63,515 nucleotides of DNA, filler included, from an uncultured virus (IMG/VR IMGVR_UViG_2049941000_000851) (11 parts of one record of this genome joined end to end with filler, not necessarily neighbours in it); one strand, 5' to 3'. Positions 24,820 through 35,932 are shown, counted from the first letter of the whole stretch. Notes: generated by a model from the letters alone, not told the origin. A program made the numbers and translations.

Positions 24820-25836
24820 ATGGCTGATAGATCTGCAAGCACCGTCATGTTGGGCTTCAACTTTGAAATAAACGCCGCTATTGTCCTCATGCTGGAAAAC
24901 ATTGTGGATCTTCAATCTGTCCGTACTGAAGGTGAATACGAGGACATCGACTTGCGCCTTAACGATGGAAGCTGGATTTTTGCGCAGGCAAAGGCAGTAG
25001 TAAACGCAGAATCTGATTTCTCTCATGTGCGCGGGAACCTGAAGAAGGCATTGATCAGTCTGTCAGAAGCAGCGCAAAAGGCAACGAGCCCTATTCATCA
25101 TCTCGTGATGGTGACCAACTCAATAAATCCTCTAAACGATGTTGCAACAATGAATTGCTTTTATGGCCATGCGCATAAAGACTATAAGGACTTGCCTGAC
25201 AGAGCAAAGACGATTATCGATAAGATTATTACAAAAGCTGGAATACAGATTGATCTGTCAAAATTCCGGATTCAGGTGATACCTTTTGTAGGCGATGATG
25301 AAAGCGAACGTTATAAAGTTGTTCGAGAAGTAGTGAAAGCATTTCTTGGCAGAGCGGGCGTAAAAAACGCAAACCACGAACATCTCACTGACCAATTGCT
25401 CGAAGTCTGGCAGACTCAAGTGCTGCATAATGGAAGCACAAAGGCGAAAAGTGTAACCATTACAAAAGCCGGGATTATTTGGCCGCTCTTGGCAATCCTT
25501 ACTGACATACGTGGCGATGACGGGATTCGCCAAGATTATGATCCGGCAACGTATGATGAGATAATCAGATCTTACGGCGAGGTAATCAATTACAAGCAGG
25601 AGAAATTTGAATTCTATTCGAGAGTCCTCTACGATTTCCGCTCATACACCAGTTCGGGAAATGCGCGGGAGAAAATGAAGGCTTTCATCGGTAATGAATG
25701 GAAACAATATCTGGAGGACTTCCAAACACTGTCAGTAGATGAATCCGTAAGGGAGGACATTATCAAGATTACCATAGGAAGCATCATCCATCAGGTATTC
25801 GAAATCGATCGAATTAAGGAGAAATTGCGATTATGA
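24820..25836 (+). CDS. Cap4/DUF4297-like endonuclease effector (Lamassu LmuA-like)
   Basis: GFNFEINAAI, EGEYEDID, FAQAK PD-(D/E)xK pattern; ATGA overlap with the SMC-like gene. Confidence 0.65.
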   Translation: MADRSASTVMLGFNFEINAAIVLMLENIVDLQSVRTEGEYEDIDLRLNDGSWIFAQAKAVVNAESDFSHVRGNLKKALISLSEAAQKATSPIHHLVMVTNSINPLNDVATMNCFYGHAHKDYKDLPDRAKTIIDKIITKAGIQIDLSKFRIQVIPFVGDDESERYKVVREVVKAFLGRAGVKNANHEHLTDQLLEVWQTQVLHNGSTKAKSVTITKAGIIWPLLAILTDIRGDDGIRQDYDPATYDEIIRSYGEVINYKQEKFEFYSRVLYDFRSYTSSGNAREKMKAFIGNEWKQYLEDFQTLSVDESVREDIIKITIGSIIHQVFEIDRIKEKLRL

Positions 25837-26555
25837 AATTTGTGTCGATTAGAATCAAAGAAGGAACTTTTGAGAGAAAGTTCAACTTCTCGGATGCTAT
25901 TAATTTGATACACAGCGTCGAAAACACGCGTGGCAAGACAACCCTTCTGAGGTTTTTGCTCTATTCTATCGGTTATCCAATACCAAACACAAGGAACATA
26001 AATTTTGAAGCATGTGAAGTCGAAAGCGTTGTCGAATGCGGTATCGGAACGATTGCACTAACAAGGATAAGTCAGTATGCAATCGATGCGGTAATCAACG
26101 GTGAAAAAAGAACTTATATACTCCCGGCTGAACAATATAAGCTCCAAGGTATACTTTTTAGTACGGAAAACATAAATATCCTAAATAATCTTCTCGGATC
26201 TTTTTATCTGGATCAAGAAAAAGGATGGACGCTGCTGAATCGAGGAAAGGTCATCGGTTCAATCAGTTTTAACATTGAAGAACTTATTCGCGGATTATCT
26301 GATAGAAACTGCGACGAACTTTTGGCTCGGCAAAAAAAACTGGAAGCTGACAAAAAGAAGTACAGGCAGTTGTTAAGCATTTCCCAGTTCCGGGAGGAAA
26401 TCATCGAAGAACAGGGCAGCGTTCTCGGTGATGATTACGCAGAACGCGAAAAAATCCAAATTGAGGCACTTCTGTTGGAACAAGGAGAAGTGCGTGCTGA
26501 ATTGAGGAGAATTAATGAATCCATCCGTGGGAACAAGGAATTTATTAATTTCATT
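25833..26555 (+). CDS. SMC/Rad50-like ATPase (Lamassu LmuB-like); further pieces at 24135-24382 and 28539-28861
   Basis: Walker A NTRGKTT, YLDQEKGW, coiled coil, Walker B LPIILDSP. Confidence 0.7.
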
Positions 26556-26656
26556 TNNNNNNNNNNNNNNNNNNNNNNNNNNNNNNNNNNNNNNNNNNNN
26601 TTAATTAATTAANNNNNNNNNNNNNNNNNNNNNNNNNNNNNNNNNNNNNNNNNNNN

Positions 26657-28528
26657 AGCACAGCTCCCGGCAGCCACGGTGGCACTCGTCCCATCTGCTC
26701 ACAGACTGCCTGCAGATCCACACCCTCGCTGGCTTCTATGATCAGCTCATCATGCACATGTCCGCAGATGAAGCAGTGGCTCAGCGTTCGCATGACGTAA
26801 CACAGGATGTCCCTGCTGATTGCTTGAACAATGTTTTCCACAAATTTCGGCCCATAGCTTTCGATTCGTTCCCATTTTTTGGTGGTGCCGACGCCTTCAT
26901 AGGTGACGGATTCCCCGCCGAACTTGTTGATTCCAATCTTCGGTTTCACATAGGCCAACCGCCTGCCGGAGGGCAGGGTGATGAAAAGCATACCGCTTAA
27001 GCAGGTAAAGCGGAGGCCGTGTGTTTCTGTTTCTATCTTTTGCCGGACAGCTTTCTTTACCGATTCATCGACATCCCACCAGAAAGACACAATGTTGGGA
27101 TTGGATTCGCGCCACGCCGTGACCAGCGGCTGAAGTTCCTCCTCCTTCAAGCCCATGTCCAGAGCGCCCATGGCTTTTAAAGCGCCGACACTGCCGCCGT
27201 ATCCACAGTTGTGGACGAGCTTCCCCGATACGGTAAAACGGTGATGTGGTCCGGCATTTCGTATGTCATAAAGTCGAGCCGCGCACTGATGAGCCTCCAG
27301 TTCTTTCTTCTCTCGAGTACTGCCATCTCTGCGTCCCGAATGATCTCGTCTCTGGTCAACCCCTGTGAAAGTTTCCGGACAACAACGTTGCGGACATACG
27401 GCCAGTACTCCTGTGCGAATTCGCTCAGTACTGTATTTCTCCGGTTTGCTTGATTCTGCGCCCTGGTGACAAAGCGGATGTTCCCGGGGGCATAATGACT
27501 GTTCGTATATATCCGATCCAGTTCCAACGCTCTGTCCGGCAACCCGTATCTCCTGATCAGATAAAGTCCCGCTNNNNNNNNNNAGCCTCCGATCCAGCCA
27601 TTTCGGTATCCGCCGGGGCTGTGAACATGCCTGACAGCCTTGAGACTTTCCGCGGGTCAGCAGATCCATGAACTGCCACTGAACAGCGCCGCATCCCGTG
27701 CAGCGAGTCAGCACATAACAGTGATCCCATGTCCGGTTCCAGCGTTTCTCCGGACTGATAATGCTCACCCAGCCGTATTGCCTGCCCACCATTTCCGGTT
27801 TGTAAGAGATGTGCGCCGCTGGCGGCGGCGAATCCAAACTGTACGGGCTCCGATTCCCCCTCAATCCAGATGAAGTGGCCAGGTGTTGCTGTAAGTCCTT
27901 CATATGTGATAACCTCCCGGATTCCATTGTAGACAACGCCTTCATGCTGTACCCACGCTGTACCATCCCATACAAGATCGTCTAACAAAACATCTTCTAT
28001 GGGCTTTTCTCCATGGTTAGTGAGCACAAGTTGGCCTTCGGCAATGCAGGCGAGTTCTGCGATTTTTCCCTTTTGACGAAGATGTCCGTTGACGCCATGC
28101 TTTTCAACCGGAACTTTGAACATTTGACTGGCACTTTGACAGTAGATATCACCGCCACGGGCGAACAAATCTAATCGCCATTGCTCTCCGGCAAGATAAG
28201 CAATCACTCTGGCTTCAATGGCACTGAAGTCGCTGACGATAAACTTGTAACCCGGTTTCGGCACAAACGCCGTCCGGACCAGCTGGCTAAGGGTATCGGG
28301 CACATCCTCATACAGCAACCTGAACATTTCATAGTCGCCGGCCTTGACCAGACTGCGGGCCGCGGCAAGATCGGGAATGTGATTCTGCGGCAAATTCTGC
28401 AACTGCACCAGCCGTCCAGCCCAGCGCCCGGAGCGGTTGGCTCCGTAGAACTGAAACATTCCCCGGCAGCGCCCGTCAGCACAGACGCAATTCTCCATGG
28501 CGATGTACTTCTTCACGCTCGACCGGGC
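26657..28528 (-). CDS. Phage family A DNA polymerase, polymerase domain, intein-containing; N-terminal exonuclease part at 30368-31030
   Basis: FYGANRSGRWAGR, SDFSAIEARV (motif A), RQKGKIAELA/CGYGG (motif B), HVHDE (motif C). Confidence 0.92.
27177..27792 (-). CDS. HNH homing endonuclease in the +1 frame of the intein (start uncertain)
   Basis: MVGRQYGWV...CTGCG...LTRGKSQGCQAC and LELDRIYTNSHYAPGNIRFVTRAQNQANRR. Confidence 0.8.
27208..28048 (-). mobile_element. Intein in polymerase motif B
   Basis: Block A CIAEGQLV, block B TATPGH, blocks F/G LYDIRNAGPHHRFTVSGKLVHN then Cys; removal restores KIAELA-CGYGGSVGAL. Confidence 0.92.
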
Positions 28529-29001
28529 NNNNNNNNNNTGATAGTATCGACAAGCAATTGCAGGATGTACGTCAGCGAATCACTAATTCCACAAAAGTAA
28601 ATAACGCAATTGTCGATGAGCTTTTCAAAACTGCTTACAAGTATGCTGGAGAACTTGATCTTACAAAAGAGAAGCAGTTCCGGGAACTATACCTTTTCAC
28701 AAGCAATCTTAAAGAGCTATCAGGCGCGATCCTTCATAAAACAGTTTTTGCTTTCCGTCTTGCATACATTACTGCGATTGAAAAAGCCATAGGGATTAAA
28801 CTGCCAATTATACTTGATTCTCCGAGTGGGAAAGAGGTTGATCAGAAAAACATAGCAGCGANNNNNNNNNNNNNNNNNNNNNNNNNNNNNNNNNNNNNNN
28901 NNNNNNNNNNNNNNNNNNNNNNNNNNNNNNNNNNNNNNNNNNNNNNNNNNNNNNNNNNNNNNNNNNNNNNNNNNNNNNNNNNNNNNNNNNNNNNNNNNNN
29001 N

Positions 29002-30357
29002 ACGGCTTGAACGTGAGCCCGCCCAAGATTTCGTCGAATCGTTTTCTTCCGAGAAGCGCCTTCATGGCTGTGATGCCGAGTAGCTTCCTTTCATAGGGGT
29101 CTTCGCCTGCTGCTTTCACCGCGGCTGCCGCGGCTTCTTCGTCGGTGTATTTGGTGACGGATCGTCCCTCGACCAACTTGANNNNNNNNNNNNNNNNNNN
29201 NNNNNNNNNNNNNNNNNNNNNNNNNNNNNNNNNNNNNNNNNNNNNNNNNNNNNNNNNNNNNNNNNNNNNNNNNNNNNNNNNNNNNNNNNNNNNNNNNNNN
29301 NNNNNNNNNNNNNNNNNNNNNNNNNNNNNNNNNNNNNNNNNNNNNNNNNNNNNNNNNNNNNNNNNNNNNNNNNNNNNNNNNNNNNNNNNNNNNNNNNNNN
29401 NNNNNNNNNNNNNNCCGTTTCCGGCAGGTAGCTTTGACACTGCAGAACTGACAGTGCTCCCCGGCGCGGAATTCGCCCTCACCTTTGAAGGCTAACTGTG
29501 CTGTTGGTAAAAGAACAGTCTCTGCCCACCCCAGAAGGTCAGCTTTGCTCATTTCGAAGTTGGTTTCATTTTCCCGTCTCGGCTGAAAGATGCTCATCCT
29601 TATTGTGCGGACATCATAGATTCCGTCATAGGCTTCGAGCAGCCCCAGCGCGTAGCACATCATCTGAGGGTTGTGTTCTGCGCTCACCAGAATGCCGACG
29701 CCGTATTTAAGGTCGATCACCTGAAGAACATCGTCCGCCACGATGCAGGCGTCTCCGGTACCGAAACCCTCCGGAACCCAGCGGGAGAAGTCCAGCCGCT
29801 GTTCCACCAGTACGACGGGATCAGCGCAGTGCTTCTTTGCTTCAGCCAGCTGCTCCATTACAAAGGCGCAGTAGGCATCCGTGCAGTCGGCCATCTCCTG
29901 ATCGAAAAANNNNNNNNNNGCGTTCAAGTATGGGCTGACGGTCGGCGTCCACGATTCCAGGCGCGGTGCTGCTGTTGGCGTTGATNNNNNNNNNNNNNNN
30001 NNNNNNNNNNNNNNNNNNNNNNNNNNNNNTTAATTAATTAANNNNNNNNNNNNNNNNNNNNNNNNNNNNNNNNNNNNNNNNNNNNGCTTCCCTGTGTCAG
30101 GCGCTTCCTGTTCATCAGGCGCGAAGCAGACTTGCACATGGGCCACTGCCCGTATCAACTCTTCTCCGCACCTGACCAGTTGTTTTCCTACTTCATTCAG
30201 GTTGTCCAGTGTCGTTGCCAGTTCGCTCATTTTGCTCATGATTTGACTCCTTTCTCTGTTTTTCCAGTTTCCTTGCCAATCGTTTTGCCACTACGCTGAT
30301 TGCTATTAGCACGTCGATCAGCTCCTGCTCTTCGGCAGCTGTATTTGCCGTGTTCTC
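29002..30357 (-). CDS. Fragments of second-copy early genes: DUF2800, DUF2815 and two small hypotheticals
   Basis: Near-duplicates of 36492-37833 and 39059-39415 (EQRLDFS...GFGTGD...IDLKYG). Confidence 0.75.
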
Positions 30358-31484
30358 NNNNNNNNNNATTCGACTTCCATGCCGTGATCGGCAAGCCATT
30401 GTTTCATCTGCGCAACGGAGTTTGGATTCTCCATCTGCGTCAGCCGCTGCATCTCGGCGGAGAGCTCGTCCCGGGATAGATCGTCAAAGGCTATGGCCTG
30501 TCTGACCATCTCCCTGTCCAGTGCGATGCCCCTGTCGTTTATTTCTTCGGACAGATGGTATTCACTCCAAACGGAATCGGGAACAGGAAAGGCGGCCAGC
30601 TTTTTCTGTATNNNNNNNNNNNNNNNNNNNNNNNNNNNNNNNNNNNNNNNNNNNNNNNNNNNNNNCACCTCAACGTCTCGTTTATTATATTCCTTAAAAA
30701 CAGCCCATTTGTCGGGCGCGTGCTCCGGGAGATTCCATGTCCTGCCGCCGTTAGACGCGGTCGGCTTGCATGGCATGCAGAAATATCGGATGAGCGCCTT
30801 ACCCTCTGTCATTTTCTGGTCTTCCAGTTTCAGCACAGCGCCGACGCCCTGAAGCGATAACGGCAGACCCAGATAAGCCGACCACACCATGGAGCAGCGC
30901 CATGATCGCGGATCGAGATAATTGCCCACGGTGTCCTCCGGTATACCGTAACCACGAAACAGATCAGGACAGTGCTTCCCTAGCCACGCAGACAAACAGA
31001 TACGCTCAAATCCCGCATTAAATGCCCATTNNNNNNNNNNAGAAGCGCGGAAGGATTTCGAGGAGGCAGTTTCATCGACCCTGGAACCGATTCCCTTCGG
31101 AAGATACGATCTTGAGCCGTTCCCCGTAGAAGCCCTTCCCGAGGACATGGGAGATTATGTCCAAGCAGTAGCGGAAAGCACACAGACGGCTGTAGACATG
31201 GCGGGGANNNNNNNNNNNNNNNNNNNNNNNNNNNNNNNNNNNNNNNNNNNNNNNNNNNNNNNNNNNNNNNNNNNNNNNNNNNNNNNNNNNNNNNNNNNNN
31301 NNNNNNNNNNNNNNNNNNNNNNNNNNNNNNNNCCTCCGAATATCTACGCGAATATTATCGCGGAGCCTTCCGAGAGAAAATCCGCGGTACTGCACGCTAC
31401 GGCAAGTCCTCTTGACAACTACGAGGTCAACTACAACATTCAGAACGCGGCGCGTGTGGAAAGCTGCAAAATGANNNNNNNNNN

Positions 31485-32087
31485 ATAGCAAATCAAGCTG
31501 GCTTCGATTACCCTGTAACAGCGAATACACTTGCCGAATGGTGGGGTGAAGTAAGAAGATTCTCAACCTACGCTGAGAGAAGGGAATACATCTCCCAGTT
31601 GTTCTCCCCGTTGCTGAAAACCTTGAGTGAATCAGAAAACAACAGTGCCGTTGTGAGTTTTCAGAAGATTGCTACCAGATCTGGAACAATTCAAAAAGCA
31701 GTGGAAGACGCTGAGGTGTTTATTCGAGAAGGGAAATATGATTCCGCGCTGGATCGTGTACACACAGCATCTCATGGATATCTAAGGCAGTTGCTTACAG
31801 AACACGGGATAACATGCGAAGAAGAAGATGGACTTCCAGCTTTGTTTTCAAAGCTTCATGGTTATTATGGCGACTCAATTCAACCATCTGATGTTGGTGA
31901 GCGCGTGAAAGGAATACTGCGAAGTGCTGGTGGCATGATTAATGCAGTTAATGAACTGAGGAATAATAATACGATTGTTCATCCAAACGATCAATTAATT
32001 CAAGCTCGAGAAGCATGGCTTGTTATTCGGATTTTGAACGCAGTGGTTGATTATATAGAGGATGTGGAGAACAGTATAGGAGGTTAA
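31485..32087 (+). CDS. Abortive-infection C-terminal (Abi_C/HEPN-like) protein, 5' truncated
   Basis: ALDRVHTASHGYLR, NELRNNNTIVHPN. Confidence 0.7.
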   Translation: MANQAGFDYPVTANTLAEWWGEVRRFSTYAERREYISQLFSPLLKTLSESENNSAVVSFQKIATRSGTIQKAVEDAEVFIREGKYDSALDRVHTASHGYLRQLLTEHGITCEEEDGLPALFSKLHGYYGDSIQPSDVGERVKGILRSAGGMINAVNELRNNNTIVHPNDQLIQAREAWLVIRILNAVVDYIEDVENSIGG

Positions 32088-32091
32088 CGAG

Positions 32092-32877
32092 ATGCCATTC
32101 AAAAATGATATTCCAAATTATAGAGCATATCCGGATAGTGAACTGTATATGCATACGGTACCAGATGATGTGTGGACACCAGTAGAAAGTTTGATTCGCA
32201 AAGCATCTGATAATGCGAATAAATTGAAAGCAGTAATCAATAATATCGCAGAAATCTCTGGTGGGCAGATTACCACAAACTGGGGATGGGACTACCTAGA
32301 AAACGATATTTCCGGCTGCGTGATGTATTTAAGAAAAAAGGTAAATGGTGGGCGAATACAGCATTTCGAAGCCTTTATGGATTGCCTTGCTATTCTACAT
32401 GATGTCGGTTCTTTGGCCTGCGATGCTATCAATGAGTTTCTGGAAGACCATGGGATCGGATATAGGTGTAGCTCGATTCCTGAAGGTAAACTACGATGGA
32501 GCATTGTGGATGGTACAGGTGTGATTGAGGATATTATTACGACACAAGCCAAGATTAGACCATTATCACAGCAGGCCTATGATAGATTCGAAAGTGCTTT
32601 AAGACAGTTTGAGGATATAAATAGGGATGACCGAGTGAGAAAAGATGCTGTAAGATCTTGCGTTGATGCTATGGAGGCATTAATAAAGGAGCTTGGTGGG
32701 GATGATGAAATAGGTGAGGCAACCAAACATCTAAAAGACGAAGTAGACAGTCAAGGGAACCACGCCTGGGGCCCTGCAGAATTGGTGAAAGAAGGTAATA
32801 ATGTTTTTAATCTATTGCATCGCCTTTATCCGGATGTTAGACACGGCACGCAGGATTATAATACTGCTGATATGACC
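32092..32877 (+). CDS. AbiJ-like protein with HEPN-type C-terminus (3' truncated)
   Basis: DAVRSCVDAMEAL ... DVRHG. Confidence 0.55.
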
Positions 32878-32977
32878 NNNNNNNNNNNNNNNNNNNNNNN
32901 NNNNNNNNNNNNNNNNNNNNNTTAATTAATTAANNNNNNNNNNNNNNNNNNNNNNNNNNNNNNNNNNNNNNNNNNNN

Positions 32978-33083
32978 CCCGCAACTAAAAACGATTTCAC
33001 CGTGACGAACACTCTTGAAATTTTCTAATTCGATTCTTGTGATTCTAACTGTCGGAAGTTTATGCCCTTCACGCGGCTTCATA
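32978..33083 (-). CDS. ABC/AAA ATPase N-terminal fragment
   Basis: VRITRIELENFKSV. Confidence 0.5.
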
Positions 33084-33255
33084 TGGCACCTCTCCTCTTG
33101 AAATTCCAAATTGTATTCAAATATTATCACATCTATTGCTGTTTGTCAATCACTTAGTGTAAAATTTGAATATTTTATCCAATTAACACATTTGATGTAT
33201 TGACAACGGTTTATCAATCATATATAATTGCCGACACAATAACGTATCGGAGGTA

Positions 33256-33767
33256 ATGTCTATGGTGAATCGCCTGCTGACAGCAGAACAGGTAAAACAA
33301 TATCTCAACATCACCGACTTCCGCCATCTCAGTAAGGATAAGCTGATTGAGTTTGTTTCGGCGATACCTGAGATGGACAAGGACGTAGCCATCAGAATAA
33401 TCGAACAGTTTCCTGAATTCACAAGATGTGCAATGAGCTTGGTTAGCCACTACGAAACAATGTGCGAATCAATCCTCAGAGAAAATGGTGACAGCGTCCG
33501 GTACGTGATGGAAGGATACAAGCAGNNNNNNNNNNGAACACTCTTGGTGGCCTTGCCTTGGATGAGAAGCTTGATCCTGCAGACAGGCGTTACTTTGCGG
33601 AGAAGATGGTAAATGTAGCTGACAACATGGCTTCATTCGACACGAAAAATAAAGGCTTACTCGCGGGCATGACAAAATACATCACTTGGTTTATAGGTAG
33701 CGCACTTCTTCTCGGTGCGGTTGCCTTGGGCATCAAGATCAAAAGCACGAAAATTCCAAAACGCTAA
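33256..33767 (+). CDS. Hypothetical protein with C-terminal TM helix
   Basis: TTGACA-17-TATAAT promoter at 33200-33228, GGAGGT SD. Confidence 0.6.
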
Positions 33768-34158
33768 TCGATCCTCTTCCGAACATCAGCCTAAAGGTTG
33801 AGAGAAGAAGGAAACGATATAGAACTTTCACGTACTAAGTTTATGATCTCGGAGGATTAGTATGNNNNNNNNNNNNNNNNNNNNNNNNNNNNNNNNNNNN
33901 NNNNNNNNTTAATTAATTAANNNNNNNNNNNNNNNNNNNNNNNNNNNNNNNNNNNNNNNNNNNNGTTTCACATCCTTCAGCGTGACTTTGCTGACCATCA
34001 GATTATCATCGCCTCAATCTACGAATACGATCTTACAGAAGTATATAAAATTGAGATAATAAGTCGCCTTGTTGAATAAGCAATGCCTCTCCTCTGGCGT
34101 TCCGAAAGAGAGGCGCTGCTCACTGCTTCTGATAAAATCTGCACTCATNNNNNNNNNN

Positions 34159-34552
34159 GGATGCATTCCATACCATCCACAACTACATCGATACCAATGA
34201 AATGATTCTCAGAAAAGGTGCCATCGCTGCTCATAAAGGTGAAAAGGTACTGATCCCCATCAACATGCGCGACGGGAGTATTCTTGCCATCGGAAAGGGT
34301 AATGAAGACTGGAACTTCTCTGCTCCTCACGGTGCTGGGCGCATCATGTCGCGTACTGCGGCAAAAGAACGCCTTGACATGGAGGAATACCGCAGAGAGA
34401 TGGCCGGTGTGTACACCACGTCAGTCAGTGAGGCCACTCTGGATGAAGCGCCTATGGCTTATAAGTCGCTGGCAGACATCATCGATGTGATCAGTGAGAG
34501 TGTAGACATCATAGAAGTATTGAAACCTATATACAACTTTAAGGCGAACTGA
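34159..34552 (+). CDS. rtcB: RtcB RNA ligase, C-terminal part
   Basis: HNYID, RKGAI, SAPHGAGRIMSR, DEAPMAYK. Confidence 0.92.
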
Positions 34553-34597
34553 GCCGGTTCCTTTCCGGCTCTTCGCCGGAACAGGAGCGGAAATAAA

Positions 34598-34855
34598 ATG
34601 AATCAGATACCGGTCATAGACATGACCGCAACCGGAATAAACATAACCCGCTTGCGAGTAAACGCGGGTATGACAGTGAGAGACCTTCAGGACATTTTCG
34701 GTTTTACCACTCCGCAGGCTATATACAAGTGGCAGCGCGGAACGGCCTTGCCGACGGTAGACAATCTCGTGGTTCTCGCAGTGGTTTTCGGGGTACGGAT
34801 TGACGACATTCTCATTTTTCAAAGGAATGCACAACAGACCCGAATCACCGCATGA
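34598..34855 (+). CDS. XRE-family HTH regulator
   Basis: TVRDLQDIFGFTTPQAIYKWQRGTALPTVDNL. Confidence 0.88.
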   Translation: MNQIPVIDMTATGINITRLRVNAGMTVRDLQDIFGFTTPQAIYKWQRGTALPTVDNLVVLAVVFGVRIDDILIFQRNAQQTRITA

Positions 34856-34887
34856 ATAGACCTCAGCTCTGGCAACAGGGCTGACAT

Positions 34888-34961
34888 GACCCCTTCGACT
34901 AACAGGTCAGGTCACCGCCCTTTCAAGGCGGCAATGCTCGGTTCGAATCCGGCAGGGGCCA
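34888..34961 (+). tRNA. tRNA-Glu(TTC), imperfect
   Basis: Anticodon arm CCGCC-CTTTCAA-GGCGG, TTCGAAT loop; A:C mismatch in acceptor stem, irregular T stem. Confidence 0.75.
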
Positions 34962-34970
34962 TTACAGTAT

Positions 34971-35044
34971 AGTTCCGTAGTGAAGTTGGCTATCACGCCT
35001 GCCTGTCACGCAGGAGATCGTGGGTTCGAGCCCCGTCGGAACTG
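34971..35044 (+). tRNA. tRNA-Asp(GTC)
   Basis: AGTTCCG/CGGAACT acceptor, CCTGC-CTGTCAC-GCAGG, G discriminator. Confidence 0.88.
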
Positions 35045-35050
35045 GAATAT

Positions 35051-35123
35051 GCGTCTTTAGCTCAGTTGGAAGAGCATCGCACTTTTAATGCGAGGGTCCG
35101 GAGTCCGAGCCTCCGAAGGCGCA
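35051..35123 (+). tRNA. tRNA-Lys(TTT), atypical T loop
   Basis: GCGTCTT/AAGGCGC acceptor, TCGCA-CTTTTAA-TGCGA; T loop TCCGAGC. Confidence 0.8.
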
Positions 35124-35131
35124 CTGGTTAT

Positions 35132-35209
35132 GGTGCAGGTAGCTCAGTTGATTAGAGCGCCGGGTTGTGGCCCCGGAGGTCAGCGGTTCGAATCCGCTCT
35201 TGCACCCCA
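35132..35209 (+). tRNA. tRNA-His(GTG) with G-1 and encoded CCA
   Basis: G-GTGCAGG/CTTGCAC-C-CCA, CCGGG-TTGTGGC-CCCGG. Confidence 0.9.
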
Positions 35210-35279
35210 TAGTGCTTTACCGATTCCTCATTTTATCAGGTAATCGCCAATATAAGAGACCAGACTTTTGAGTTTAGCC

Positions 35280-35832
35280 TCAGTCTTTCTTATAAAACTC
35301 GCACTCATATCCATCCGCCCTCAATACTGCCCCTGAAATCCACGGTGGAACGCGGCCCATCTGCCTCTTGAAATTCCAAATTGTATTCNNNNNNNNNNGT
35401 GCCAGCCTCAATAATTAGTTCATCGTGGATGTGTCCGCAGATGAAACAGTGGCTCAGCGTCTGCATTGCATAGCACAGGATGTCTCTGCTGGTCGCCTGC
35501 ACGATGTTTTCAACGAACTTCGGACCATAGCTTTCGATCCGCTCCCATTTTTTCATAGTGCCGACGCCTTCGTAGGTGACAGATTCACCGCCGAACTTGT
35601 TTACACCGATTTTTGGCTTCACATAAGCCAGCCGCCTGCCGGACGGGAGTTGTATGAACAGCATGCTGCTCTTATAAACGAATTGTAAGCCGTGCGTTTC
35701 TGTCATCGTCTGTCCACGGATCGCCTGCTTCACCGCGTCGTCCACATCCCACCATAGCGCCACGATGTTTGGATTGGATTGCCGCCACGCGTTGACCAGC
35801 GGCTGGAGCTCCTCTTCCTTTAATCCCATATC
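35280..35832 (-). CDS. Second family A DNA polymerase copy, C-terminus
   Basis: ESYGPKFVENIVQA, HIHDE, ends LRADGYECEFYKKD*; another polA end (ECRFYQKQ*) lies near 34120-34148. Confidence 0.85.
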
Positions 35833-35932
35833 NNNNNNNNNNNNNNNNNNNNNNNNNNNNNNNNNNNNNNNNNNNNTTAATTAATTAANNNNNNNNNNNN
35901 NNNNNNNNNNNNNNNNNNNNNNNNNNNNNNNN

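Noticed and set aside
35364..35388. 25 nt identical to 33094-33118 fused into the polA C-terminus
   Set aside because: At a contig end with microhomology; most likely a chimeric read rather than an att site.
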